From NCBI GenBank assembly GCA_018696595.1, contig JABHQW010000007.1, forward strand, positions 1 through 58,268: a stretch of 58,268 nucleotides of DNA. The letters run 5' to 3'. Source of the DNA: Candidatus Woesearchaeota archaeon. GTDB lineage: Archaea; Nanobdellota; Nanobdellia; Woesearchaeales; GW2011-AR9. The position numbers were made by a program, and so were the translations under genes. Positions 1 through 8,820 of this stretch are shown piece by piece. The notes below the pieces were generated by a model that searched no databases, was not told the DNA's origin, and saw only the letters and a list, made by a program, of their open reading frames with translations. Position 1 is the stretch's first letter; each line of letters opens with the position of its first letter.

Positions 1-132
1 ATTCTAAAACACCCTTAAAGAGGAAAACCTAAACTAAAAAGAAAGACTATGGTTGTACTGGTTCCTGCGTCATAACTTCAACCTTCGCTATGCTCAGGTT
101 GCTCCCCAACATGAAGTGGGGGACAACTTAAC
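1..132 (+). repeat. Right arm of a truncated cassette (unit 0), same family as the right arm of cassette b
   Basis: Near-identical to 1966-2045 (ttctaaaac.cccttaaagaggaaaacc...ctggttcctgcgtcataacttcaa). Hairpin at 103-123, then caacttaac. Confidence 0.85.
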
Positions 133-136
133 ATAC

Positions 137-1183
137 ATTATGCTTAATTTTCAAGTTACCTAAAAGAGAACAATCCTGTCGGATAATCTCTAAACTAATG
201 CGTTGCTGTCTTTAACAATGTAAAAATCTATAACGGCAAAAACAAAAATAAACTGGAGCTCTCTGAACTATTTCAAATACTTTAAAAAGTCTAAAAAATT
301 ACTTAGAGTATAATGGTCATACCAATCATAAGTGATATAATCAGCAATATATGGTTCTTTCAAACAGAGAGTGTTGTACCATTATTTAAAGAAATATCAA
401 TCATTATCCTAATCCTATTTGTTGTTGATTTTATTTTAGCGGTAGTTCTTGATCAAGTTTTAATGAGATCAAAATATCATATTCCAATAGGATTAACGTT
501 GTGGCCAATATTTGTAGTAATTTTAACATACTTGTTTTATTCCTTTGGTGGACTTCTTGGTTTTAATTTTTACCAATTTGAGTTTAATAATCTTCTTGGT
601 TATGCAATAAAACATTGGTGGGTATTTGTAGTTTTTTGGATAATGACTTTATTTGGAAATATTCCTTATTCACTTGGCAAGTTAACCAAAAATGAAAAAG
701 TAATGAACTTTTTTGGAACATTCTTTACTCCCATACATGAAGAGTTCTTTTTTCGCTATTTAGGCATAAATACTATCTATGTACTTACCAATTCTATTGA
801 AATTGCAATAATATTTTCCTCTATTGGTTTTACATTGATCCATCTACCAAATAAATCCGGCGATAAATGGGGAGGGCCCGTAAAAATAAATGCAACATTG
901 TTTATGGGATTTGCATTAGGAATTATTGCTGTTAAGTATGGCTTCATTTTCGCAATAGCAATCCACATACTTAATAATTTACTAGCATTTTATGTTCTTC
1001 CTAAAATATTTAAAGATGAACAAATTTAACTAAAAAGAGAGCCCCAACTAAACACTAAAACTATTACTTGTTTTTGCCTAAACTAAATGTGTTAAAGACT
1101 TATGACAGCAACGCTCTATGAACGGTAACTTGAAAACTTCTCGGCTACGCCTCGACCCCGACGTAAAGTCGGGGAAGCATAAC
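137..1183 (+). mobile_element. Cassette a (CAAX protease cargo)
   Basis: Ends attatgctt / aagcataac (8/9 complementary). Nested inverted blocks ttttcaagttacc/ggtaacttgaaaa, gcgttgctgtc/gacagcaacgc, ggcaaaaacaa/ttgtttttgcc. Arms ~137-264 and ~1036-1183. Confidence 0.8.
313..1029 (+). CDS. CPBP/CAAX (Abi) family intramembrane metalloprotease
   Basis: Multi-TM protein with HEEFFFR (EExxxR), FTLIH and HILNN (HxxxN) motifs. Confidence 0.85.
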   Translation: MVIPIISDIISNIWFFQTESVVPLFKEISIIILILFVVDFILAVVLDQVLMRSKYHIPIGLTLWPIFVVILTYLFYSFGGLLGFNFYQFEFNNLLGYAIKHWWVFVVFWIMTLFGNIPYSLGKLTKNEKVMNFFGTFFTPIHEEFFFRYLGINTIYVLTNSIEIAIIFSSIGFTLIHLPNKSGDKWGGPVKINATLFMGFALGIIAVKYGFIFAIAIHILNNLLAFYVLPKIFKDEQI

Positions 1184-1296
1184 ATCGTTAAGTTGAATTA
1201 TTACTCGGAACCAGTAAGTTACAAACACTTAAAAAATAAAAAAGGTTTTCCTATCTATTAAAAATTAGGGCGTTTGAAAAAAAAGAAAAAAATAAT

Positions 1297-1905
1297 TTAC
1301 TCATAAAAATCATAACCAATCAGATGTTCTTTTATTTCCTTCTTACATCCAAATTCAGTATTGATGCCCGGATATTTAGCATTGTTACATTCATCATCTG
1401 GAAGTAATTGACAATAATGTTCATCATGATCACAACAACAGATTGGTAATTCAGACTCTTCATAAAAATCATAACCCATCAGATGGTCTTCTATTTCCTT
1501 CTTACATTCAAATTCAGTATTACTGTCTGGATATTTGGCATTATTACATTCATCATTCGGAAGTAATTGGCAATAATGTTCATCATGGTCACAACAACAA
1601 ATTGGTAATTCCGTTGGTACAATTGGTTTCAGAATTCTCTTTAGTTTCATTTTATACGCTGTCTTCAAAAACTTATCTTTTGGAATGTTTCTTGGAATTG
1701 TTAGTGTTTTTTTGTACGCTTGTCCTGCTAAAGCACTAGTATCCTCTGATTCTACTGTTTCAATTGCCTGATCTAATTCTTCAGCAGATAATTCACTTAA
1801 TTCTGCTTCCAATTCTTCATCAGAGATTTCTTCAGTAGGAGTACATCCAACCAAAAACATAAAAACAACTAATAAGCCCAACATAACTAAAAATATTTTT
1901 TTCAT
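1297..1905 (-). CDS. Secreted lipoprotein with two 53-aa Cys-rich repeats
   Basis: GAGGTG RBS before the ATG at 1905; signal peptide ending LVGC; duplicated ELPICCCDHDEHYCQLLP...GYDFYE. Confidence 0.75.
   Translation of the reverse strand: MKKIFLVMLGLLVVFMFLVGCTPTEEISDEELEAELSELSAEELDQAIETVESEDTSALAGQAYKKTLTIPRNIPKDKFLKTAYKMKLKRILKPIVPTELPICCCDHDEHYCQLLPNDECNNAKYPDSNTEFECKKEIEDHLMGYDFYEESELPICCCDHDEHYCQLLPDDECNNAKYPGINTEFGCKKEIKEHLIGYDFYE
1300..1611 (-). repeat. Intragenic tandem duplication, 159-bp period
   Basis: 1300-1452 and 1459-1611 encode near-identical peptide repeats. Confidence 0.9.
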
Positions 1906-2249
1906 AATAAACACCTCATTTTAAGTATAAATAAAGAACTATTTAATCCTTAATAAATATTACTATTCTAAAACGCCCTTAAAGAGGAAAACCCTAACTT
2001 TAAAAAAAGACTATGTTTGTAACTGGTTCCTGCGTCATAACTTCAAACTTGCCCATGGCAAGTTTGATCAGGACATAAAATCCTGACAACTTAACATCGT
2101 TATCTTCAATTCTCTTTGAGTTTAAGGGGCACTAATAACTATTCTAAAAAAATTATAATGGGGCAAAAACAATAAATATAAAAACAAAAATAGGGGCTCT
2201 CTTGTACTCTATTAATAACTAAACTCACAGACTAATACTACAAATAAGT

Positions 2250-2477
2250 TTATCTTTTCTTCTTACGTACAACTTCTTTGACTGGATGGCTAAGTAATGT
2301 TGGAAATAATATTCTTCGCAATCCTGCTAGTACTAATAAAACCGCAACCCAGGCAACCCAACCATCAATTCCAGACCATTTTGGCCAAACAAATGCGTTG
2401 AGTAAAAGTAACAATCCCCATGCAAGCCTCTTCACACCAAGATTACGAATACATTTAATATCTTTACACATGTCCAT
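2250..2477 (-). CDS. Small membrane protein, similar in layout to 38750..38950
   Basis: AGGTGA RBS before MDMCK; two TM segments with LLLLNA..W and a basic tail. Confidence 0.6.
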   Translation of the reverse strand: MDMCKDIKCIRNLGVKRLAWGLLLLLNAFVWPKWSGIDGWVAWVAVLLVLAGLRRILFPTLLSHPVKEVVRKKKR

Positions 2478-2499
2478 ATGTTTCACCTCTTTTTTTAAA

Positions 2500-2691
2500 C
2501 TACCAAACAAAAATTTCAGCTAGTGTTGATCCTGTATACATAAAGTATGCAACGACTCCAGCTAGTACTAATACTGCAACAATTAATATCACACCAATTC
2601 CCATCCTTAAATTGGGCGCCACAAGATGTAATAGTATCCTAAGAACAATTAGCCCACCTAAAACCAAAGCTAATATCATTAACGGTCCCAT
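2500..2691 (-). CDS. Small two-TM membrane protein
   Basis: Hydrophobic ORF, co-oriented with its neighbours. Confidence 0.55.
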   Translation of the reverse strand: MGPLMILALVLGGLIVLRILLHLVAPNLRMGIGVILIVAVLVLAGVVAYFMYTGSTLAEIFVW

Positions 2692-2746
2692 TTTTAAAAT
2701 GATATCTTATATATTTATAAGTTTTCCTAAAAGCTTTTTCTGTGAC

Positions 2747-3562
2747 TTACGCTGTTTGTAATAATTTATCGTAACCACCATACGTTTTGTTTAACCAATT
2801 GACAAGTAGACGAGCTAGAAGAGTTAAGATTACACCTGTCGCAGGTAGAGGAAGAACTTTTCCGGTTACTGCTGCAGCTCCTATAACAACCCTTTCTCTT
2901 AATTCCTTCTTTTCAATTAGTTTGGTAATTGCTTCCATTTGAGGTTCATTTTTCTGTAAAAACAAATCAAATCTCTTGATTATTTGTTCCTCGCTTAAAA
3001 TTAGATTGAACAATTTATTCAATTTCCTTCTGGAATTTGGAGTTTTATAACTTCTTATGAATTTATTAATAATTTTATCTTCAAGTTGTCTGGTTGCTAT
3101 CAACTTTACAAGCATCTTTCGGTTTGATCTGAAAAAATAATAGATTTTTATCATGGCCTTATGCACTTCATCTCTTGAATACAAAGCAGGCATTAAGAGT
3201 AGCGAAAAATATTTTGCTTTGGCACGAACTTTATCTTTAAATGCCATATATGTTTCTAGCCCATATAACTCTCTATCAATAACACTAATTATTACCCTTA
3301 GAATCATATTGGAAGCAAGTGAGTATTTTTCCAATTTTGTACTATGTTCAAGTAAATCATCCCAACTTTCAGATTTTTTTAAATCGAGGGCATATTCTAC
3401 TCTTTTAACATCGTTTCTTTCAAGAATATTAATAAGAAGTTTTAATGTCCTTTCGGTAAAAGTTCCTACCTCTAACTTAGCCCCAATAACATCCAAATCA
3501 TGTTCTGAAAGAGCTTCTGGAGAATATAATGTTCTAATGTCGCTATCTGAAACTTGGCTCAT
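2747..3562 (-). CDS. Hypothetical protein (helical, C-terminal hydrophobic segment)
   Basis: 271-aa ORF, no recognised motif. Confidence 0.7.
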   Translation of the reverse strand: MSQVSDSDIRTLYSPEALSEHDLDVIGAKLEVGTFTERTLKLLINILERNDVKRVEYALDLKKSESWDDLLEHSTKLEKYSLASNMILRVIISVIDRELYGLETYMAFKDKVRAKAKYFSLLLMPALYSRDEVHKAMIKIYYFFRSNRKMLVKLIATRQLEDKIINKFIRSYKTPNSRRKLNKLFNLILSEEQIIKRFDLFLQKNEPQMEAITKLIEKKELRERVVIGAAAVTGKVLPLPATGVILTLLARLLVNWLNKTYGGYDKLLQTA

Positions 3563-3783
3563 TATTCTGAATAATTATATTATAATTAATAAACATTTTG
3601 TAAACAAACAAGAGAGTCCCTTAATCTAACTTAAACTAAAAGTGTTTTTGCCCCCGGTCTAAATCTCATTTTAAAGGTATTAGTGCCCTGTATTCTAGAC
3701 TGCTATTGCAGTAATCTATACAAACTCAAAGAAAACTACTCGCTGCGCTCGTCCCCTACATAAAGTAGGAGGAAGATAACATC

Positions 3784-4775
3784 GTTATGTGCAATAAATT
3801 TTAGCGCGCTTTAAGAAGTGAACTTCTACTCGATTTCTTTTTTCTTTCACTGAGGTCTGCTCTTGTCATTTTTCTTTCTACTACTTCTTTTCTAGTTACT
3901 CCTGTTTTTTCTTTAAGTTCCTTAAAAGAAACAGAACCAAATTCACATCTGCTTATTGGAACGTCTTCTCCAATCCAAAATTCAGGAACTTTAAAATTGC
4001 CCTTGTACTTATCTATTCTTACTATTGATTTGTAATATTTTGTAAAAAGGAGATTGATGAAGAATTTTTTAAATTCAAGATAATTTTTTAATTTTGGTTT
4101 CTTTTTCATGAACATATCTTTTTCAAATGCTTCAGACAATTTAACCCAATCTTTTCCAAATTTCTTTTTCAAAATAGGCTTATGATATTTTTCATCCCAA
4201 TATTTTTGCTCTAAAACATAACAATGTTTTGCAATCTTATCTGTGATTTTAAACATAATATATTTATTACCTATTTTTGAAAAAATTGAAGCAATATAAT
4301 TAGGATCATTTGAACCTTTTAACCATCCATCTTGAAATTTCTTTGAAAAAGCCAAAATATAACCTTCATTATTAAAAAATTCCTCAAGTAATTTGTTTTT
4401 ATATTTAAATTCTATATCTCTATAACAACTTTCATAATTTTCTTCATCATCTTGTTCTTTTTTATACAGATCTATCAATTTTTTATTTTGGTGTTGATAT
4501 GCTTGTAATCTTCTAATTTCGGTTTTACTTAAAAAATCTTCAGGGCAATTTTCTAAAATCCAATCATAAGCATATGTTTTTGCAAAAGAAGTAGCCAAGA
4601 GCAGACCATCCTTCTTAATCTCTTTAATAAATCGAGTATAATGATAAAAAGTTTTAATTCTTCTCATAATCAAAAGAAGATTATTAGACTATAATAACTT
4701 TTCTATAAGCGCGCTAAAATTTACTTGCTCCGCATACATGCTACGCACCCCTACATAAAGTAGGGGGCACATAAC
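3784..4775 (+). mobile_element. Cassette d (ART-like cargo)
   Basis: Ends gttatgtgc / gcacataac (9/9). Inverted block taaattttagcgcgct / agcgcgctaaaattta; the cargo stop codon lies inside the left arm. Confidence 0.85.
3801..4673 (-). CDS. Hypothetical protein, possible ADP-ribosyltransferase-like fold
   Basis: N-terminal FYHYT...I..DGLL and C-terminal PEFWI...VP resemble the DarT/ART motif layout (pattern recognition only). Confidence 0.45.
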   Translation of the reverse strand: MIMRRIKTFYHYTRFIKEIKKDGLLLATSFAKTYAYDWILENCPEDFLSKTEIRRLQAYQHQNKKLIDLYKKEQDDEENYESCYRDIEFKYKNKLLEEFFNNEGYILAFSKKFQDGWLKGSNDPNYIASIFSKIGNKYIMFKITDKIAKHCYVLEQKYWDEKYHKPILKKKFGKDWVKLSEAFEKDMFMKKKPKLKNYLEFKKFFINLLFTKYYKSIVRIDKYKGNFKVPEFWIGEDVPISRCEFGSVSFKELKEKTGVTRKEVVERKMTRADLSERKKKSSRSSLLKAR

Positions 4776-4778
4776 ATC

Positions 4779-5587
4779 GTTAAGTTTAAGTTTCTTTTTT
4801 CCTGAATTTCGCTTTTATGTACTTTTTTACGTATAAGTCGATGATAAATCTCCATATCCATAATAAAATAAATAAATGAAGAATCTTGCGAAATCCTGAC
4901 CAGTGCTCCTACTCAAATTAGAACAGGGATAGCTCAATAAACCTGAAAACTTTAGAAACTTATTTAAATGATTTTTTATTACTTAACTGTATGAATGATT
5001 GTTTGTTTTGTAAGATTGTAAAAAAAGAAATCCCAATCACAAAAATATATGAAGATAAGAAAGTTCTTGCTATATTGGACATCCAACCAGTCAATGATGG
5101 TCACGTTTTAATAATTCCAAAGAAGCACGCAGTTCTTATTACAGAATTAGATGATAATTTAACTTCACACCTATTCAAAGTAGCAAAGAAAATAAACATT
5201 TCTTTAAGAAAATCAGGGCTTAAGTGTGAAGGTGTTAATTATTTTCTCGCTGATGGTGAGGCAGCAATGCAAGAAGTACCCCATGTACATTTACACGTAT
5301 TTCCAAGATATAAGAAAGATGGTTTTGGTTTGAAATTCGCGAAAAAATACTTTAAATTACCATCAAGAAAAAAACTTGACATCATAGCAAAAAAAATCAA
5401 AAATAATAAATAAATGAAGATTCTGAGCTATCCCTGAACTTGTTCTATTTGGAGCCCTGTTCATCGGAAAAAAGAAACCTCTGCGTAACCGGGTACTCAT
5501 TAGTTTCTTATATTATCGCCTTCGGCGAATTTCAACACTAATGAGCACTCCGTTACTTGCGGGAGGATGAACCTCCCGAAACTTAAC
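4779..5587 (+). mobile_element. Cassette e (HIT cargo)
   Basis: Ends gttaagttt / aaacttaac (9/9). Inverted blocks tttctttttcc/ggaaaaaagaaa and cagggatagctca/tgagctatccctg. Confidence 0.85.
4991..5413 (+). CDS. hit: HIT family nucleotide hydrolase (Hint-like)
   Basis: CLFCKI N-terminus, GHVLIIPK, HVHLHVFPR histidine triad. Confidence 0.95.
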   Translation: MNDCLFCKIVKKEIPITKIYEDKKVLAILDIQPVNDGHVLIIPKKHAVLITELDDNLTSHLFKVAKKINISLRKSGLKCEGVNYFLADGEAAMQEVPHVHLHVFPRYKKDGFGLKFAKKYFKLPSRKKLDIIAKKIKNNK

Positions 5588-5778
5588 ATCGTTAAGCTTA
5601 ATTTTCAAGTTACCTAGACGAGAACAATCCTGTCGAATACTCTCTAAACTAATGCGTTGCTGTCTTTAACAATATAAAACTCTATAACGGCAAAAACAAT
5701 AATTATGATAAAAATAAAATTGGGGACTCTCTTAAAAAATGTAGAAAAATATATTAACTTAGTAAAATTGACAAAACT

Positions 5779-5961
5779 ATGCGACTAAATGAAATTAAAA
5801 CATTAACAGGTTACATTATAGCTGTTGTTTATTTTCTAATAGTAATTTTTGTTATAATTCTAAACATTAGGTCTCCAATATTACACATTGTGATTGTTTC
5901 ATCAATTGTTATTGGGGTTGTTTTGTGGTTCTTCTACCTTTGGTTGGTTAAGTATTTTTGA
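5779..5961 (+). CDS. Small membrane protein
   Basis: Two hydrophobic helices; overlaps the convergent ORF by 60 bp. Confidence 0.4.
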   Translation: MRLNEIKTLTGYIIAVVYFLIVIFVIILNIRSPILHIVIVSSIVIGVVLWFFYLWLVKYF

Positions 5962-6201
5962 AATAAGAAAACCAATTCCTGCACCAATTCCAAATCCTAC
6001 AATTAACACAACTATAATCCACAAGATACCTGGAGGAAAGCCAAGAATTGATACAGTTCCAGCCATTCCTGATGTTTCACCAGCCACAAATTTCTGTAAC
6101 TCTAAATGTTTCATATATGAATAAATAAACAAAATCACTTCAAATATTAAAGCAACAACAATTCCAATAATTAACCAGAGTTTATTTTTCATTTTAATCA
6201 T
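5902..6201 (-). CDS. Small two-TM membrane protein
   Basis: Hydrophobic ORF with plausible composition. Confidence 0.6.
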   Translation of the reverse strand: MIKMKNKLWLIIGIVVALIFEVILFIYSYMKHLELQKFVAGETSGMAGTVSILGFPPGILWIIVVLIVGFGIGAGIGFLISKILNQPKVEEPQNNPNNN

Positions 6202-6603
6202 CTCTTTTTTATTATTTCTATGAAATTACTTTAATCTTTTTAAAATTAACTCTTCTCAATGAACGAAAGAGCCCCCCAAACACTAAAAAACTAATTGTTT
6301 TTGCCTTTAAACTAACTAAACTAAGAACTATGACAGCAACGCACTATGCACGGTAACTTGAAAACTTCTCGCTAACGCTCGACCTGGACGTAAAGTCCAG
6401 GAAGCTTAACATCGTTAAGTTCAATATTTTTACCGCCTTGTAGGTTCACACAATGTTCCCGAAAATCTTTTGCACTGGCACCTTTGCATAGACGAGAACA
6501 ACAAACGTGAGGAAATTAAAACTTCCTATAACATTGTCTATGCGATTTCATTTCATTACACCCAAATTCACTAATAGGCAGGGGGCGGAGAGTTATTATT
6601 AAA

Positions 6604-7146
6604 CTATCTAAGAGAACTAACACATTCAACAAATTCTGGAATAACTTTTATTCCAACTAACTTAACCCCACTTAACAAGTCAATAGCCGTATCAATATTC
6701 TTATTACACTGATTAATCCTAATTTCAAAATTATTCCTCATCTTCAAAAAATCATCATTTAGAATATCAAAATCATTTCTAGTTCTTTCTAATTTCTTCT
6801 CAATCCGCTCTTTAAAGACAATAATCTTTTTTACTTCCTTAACGAGTTCTTCCCATTTTTCATCAATTAAAGTATCAACAATCTCTTCTACTTTTTCGTA
6901 GATCATTTGCTCTGTTGATATATTGCCGACTTCAGTAAAATAATCTCCCTGCTCCTGAAAATTCTCATCAAAATCTTCCTCTTCATTTTGAAAAGTTTCA
7001 TCCGGTTGTCCAAAAGCCCAGTTAATTTCCTCTTCACTGTAACCTTTCGTAATCAATTCATCAAAAACATATTCGTCAGATAAACCATAATTTCTTAAAT
7101 TTTTTACTTCCAGAAGCAAATTATTGTAATAGTCCCTCTCCGACAT
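6604..7146 (-). CDS. Acidic coiled-coil hypothetical protein (DPANN-type)
   Basis: GGAGG RBS before MSERDYY; EEIVDTLIDEKWEELVKE segment recalls a conserved DPANN hypothetical family. Confidence 0.65.
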   Translation of the reverse strand: MSERDYYNNLLLEVKNLRNYGLSDEYVFDELITKGYSEEEINWAFGQPDETFQNEEEDFDENFQEQGDYFTEVGNISTEQMIYEKVEEIVDTLIDEKWEELVKEVKKIIVFKERIEKKLERTRNDFDILNDDFLKMRNNFEIRINQCNKNIDTAIDLLSGVKLVGIKVIPEFVECVSSLR

Positions 7147-7218
7147 CTGAAACCCTCCACCATCTGTCAAGATGTTCCCATTTTTCATCTTCATCAAACA
7201 ATCCAAAATTTTCTGAAA

Positions 7219-7383
7219 TCATTTTCTTATTTTCAACTCTTTTATTGCTTCTCTTAGCAGCTTACGGAGAGACTTTCTTTTGCTTTGCACAGGAGCAGGA
7301 CTTTTTTCTACTTCTCTTATTTCACCATAACTAAAATCTGGGTCTTTCTCTATTTTTGGGATATGCTCAAAATATTGGTTCAT
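7219..7383 (-). CDS. Small hypothetical protein, 54 aa (not in ORF track)
   Basis: MNQYFEHIPKIEKDP...LREAIKELKIRK; overlaps the end of the upstream ORF. Confidence 0.4.
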   Translation of the reverse strand: MNQYFEHIPKIEKDPDFSYGEIREVEKSPAPVQSKRKSLRKLLREAIKELKIRK

Positions 7384-7525
7384 TTTCCAATACCTCTTGA
7401 TCTTCAGGAATTCCTTTCAGTAATCTTTCCCAATTCTCTTCACGCAGATCATTCCACTCTTCATCGTAATCATAGTCTTCCCTTGATGCCCGCCACTTTA
7501 ATTTTTGCTTACGAGATCGAGCCAT
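7367..7525 (-). CDS. Small protein with basic N-terminus and acidic C-terminus
   Basis: GGGGTGA RBS before MARSRKQKLK. Confidence 0.55.
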   Translation of the reverse strand: MARSRKQKLKWRASREDYDYDEEWNDLREENWERLLKGIPEDQEVLENEPIF

Positions 7526-7606
7526 GATAATCACCCCTTTAAGCCTAACAGTAAAAGAAGTATAAAATTCTGTGGTAGAAATCACCAACTTTTTTGGGAA
7601 AAATAG

Positions 7607-7903
7607 TTAACCATAAAGTGCAATCCCCCCTAAAATAAAGATATAACAAATCAACCAAAGAACATAAGTGATGATAATTGGCTTTTTCTTATGTATGCTT
7701 CCGTAGGCTATCCAAACAAGTGCAATTAATATGTAGGAAAGCCAAGCAATCGCTGATACTCCACTCGCATTTTTTCCAATCCAAATTTTAGTTATTTGAG
7801 GAATCGTCATCGCCAATCCAAAAAAACCGGAAGAATAAATCAAAGTGTCAATTAGTTTTTCTTTTTTCGCTAGAAAAGTATATCTTGTTTGGTTTTCTTT
7901 CAT
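7607..7903 (-). CDS. SemiSWEET / PQ-loop family transporter
   Basis: TIPQITKIWIGKNASGVS motif, three TM helices. Confidence 0.85.
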   Translation of the reverse strand: MKENQTRYTFLAKKEKLIDTLIYSSGFFGLAMTIPQITKIWIGKNASGVSAIAWLSYILIALVWIAYGSIHKKKPIIITYVLWLICYIFILGGIALYG

Positions 7904-7975
7904 TTTCCATGCTAACCATAAATTATATGTTGAAAAGAAAAAAGATATTTGGGAATAAAAAATTGTCTTAAAGAC

Positions 7976-8071
7976 TTATTTTTTCTTCCCTTTCTTTGCT
8001 CCTTTTTTGGATTTCTTACCAGAAGCTTCTGCTCCAGCTGCAATCTTTGCTTTCCTTGATTTAGTTGCCAT
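7976..8071 (-). CDS. Lys-rich micro-protein, 31 aa
   Basis: MATKSRKAKIAAGAEASGKKSKKGAKKGKKK; GGAGGT RBS. Confidence 0.55.
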   Translation of the reverse strand: MATKSRKAKIAAGAEASGKKSKKGAKKGKKK

Positions 8072-8090
8072 TATATTTTACCTCCATTAT

Positions 8091-8258
8091 TCAGTCATAA
8101 TCATACTTGTAAGCCCAATCGTCATCATCTGGGTTGGTCTTCTTTCTGTTAGAACCTTCAAGGTTTCCCTCTTCGTAATCTTCTAACTCTGCAGAATCTT
8201 CTCCAAACCATCCAATGAAACTAAAGTTCTCATCTTTAAATTCTTCAGTATCTTTCAT
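8091..8258 (-). CDS. Acidic micro-protein, 55 aa
   Basis: MKDTEEFKDENF...DDDDWAYKYDYD; GGTGAGGGG RBS. Confidence 0.55.
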   Translation of the reverse strand: MKDTEEFKDENFSFIGWFGEDSAELEDYEEGNLEGSNRKKTNPDDDDWAYKYDYD

Positions 8259-8325
8259 TTTCCCCTCACCATCTAATTGAAAAAAAGAAAAAAAATTTAA
8301 AACAGAGATTTCCTCTCAAAGAGAG

Positions 8326-8358
8326 TCACTTTTTCTTTTTTCCTTTCTTTTTAGCCAT
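8326..8358 (-). CDS. Lys-rich peptide, 10 aa
   Basis: MAKKKGKKKK; GAGGTG RBS. Confidence 0.4.
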   Translation of the reverse strand: MAKKKGKKKK

Positions 8359-8386
8359 TGTGGAATCCACCTCATCAAGATTTTTT

Positions 8387-8464
8387 TTACTTCTTTTTTT
8401 TCTTCTTTCCTTTTTTTTTACCTTCTTTAGACTCAGCTGCAGCTTTCTTTTTCTTTTTGGCCAT
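8387..8464 (-). CDS. Lys-rich micro-protein, 25 aa
   Basis: MAKKKKKAAAESKEGKKKGKKKKKK; GAGGTGA RBS. Confidence 0.55.
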   Translation of the reverse strand: MAKKKKKAAAESKEGKKKGKKKKKK

Positions 8465-8481
8465 TTATTTCACCTCATTTT

Positions 8482-8592
8482 TTAATAATCCTTGTCCCAA
8501 CGATCATCATCATCAGGATCAGGTTCTTCTTTGTCCTCATCTTCAAAATCTTCGTCATTACCTTCATTTTTCTTCTTCTTTCTTGGCGGCAT
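8482..8592 (-). CDS. Basic/acidic micro-protein, 36 aa
   Basis: MPPRKKKKNEGNDEDFEDEDKEEPDPDDDDRWDKDY; GGAGGT RBS. Confidence 0.55.
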   Translation of the reverse strand: MPPRKKKKNEGNDEDFEDEDKEEPDPDDDDRWDKDY

Positions 8593-8605
8593 TTTTTGTA
8601 CCTCC

Positions 8606-8737
8606 TTACAGTATTGCTCCGCAATAAGGGCAAACTAAAGAAAGCCCTTCCATTTTTGTTTCATCTACAAACACTTTACACTTCGGACAATAACAACCCT
8701 GATGGCTTTTTTTTGAAGAGGTGTTTTGGCTTGTCAT
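8606..8737 (-). CDS. Zinc-ribbon micro-protein, 43 aa
   Basis: CPKC...CPYC; missed by the ORF track. Confidence 0.65.
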   Translation of the reverse strand: MTSQNTSSKKSHQGCYCPKCKVFVDETKMEGLSLVCPYCGAIL

Positions 8738-8820
8738 TGTTGTTCAGAAAGAAAGAAAAGTACCTATATAATCTTGCGGTAGGTGAAATAAACCAAAAAA
8801 AGAAAATAAGTTTAAACTAA

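Larger units (their letters stand above)
1187..2095 (+). mobile_element. Cassette b (Cys-rich lipoprotein cargo)
   Basis: Ends gttaagttg / caacttaac (9/9). Inverted blocks ggaacc/ggttcc, agttacaaac/gtttgtaact, ggttttcct/aggaaaacc, agggcgttt/aaacgccct. Confidence 0.85.
2099..3780 (+). mobile_element. Cassette c (three minus-strand hypothetical genes)
   Basis: Ends gttatcttc / gaagataac (9/9). Inverted blocks tctttgagttt/aaactcaaaga, gggcactaata/tattagtgccc, ggggcaaaaaca/tgtttttgcccc. Confidence 0.85.
5591..6410 (+). mobile_element. Cassette f (two small convergent membrane ORFs)
   Basis: Ends gttaagctt / aagcttaac (9/9). Both arms closely match those of cassette a. Confidence 0.85.

Noticed and set aside
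5779-6201. Overlapping convergent membrane ORFs as a type I toxin-antitoxin pair
   Set aside because: Only the overlap and hydrophobicity support it; the + ORF may be spurious in AT-rich DNA.
1156-6401. Right-end hairpins as simple intrinsic terminators
   Set aside because: No U-tract follows, position is fixed to the junction regardless of cargo orientation, and the loop sequence is conserved.
1175-6422. Protelomerase or retron-type origin for the palindromic ends
   Set aside because: No telomere resolvase or reverse transcriptase in the window; only the geometry is suggestive.
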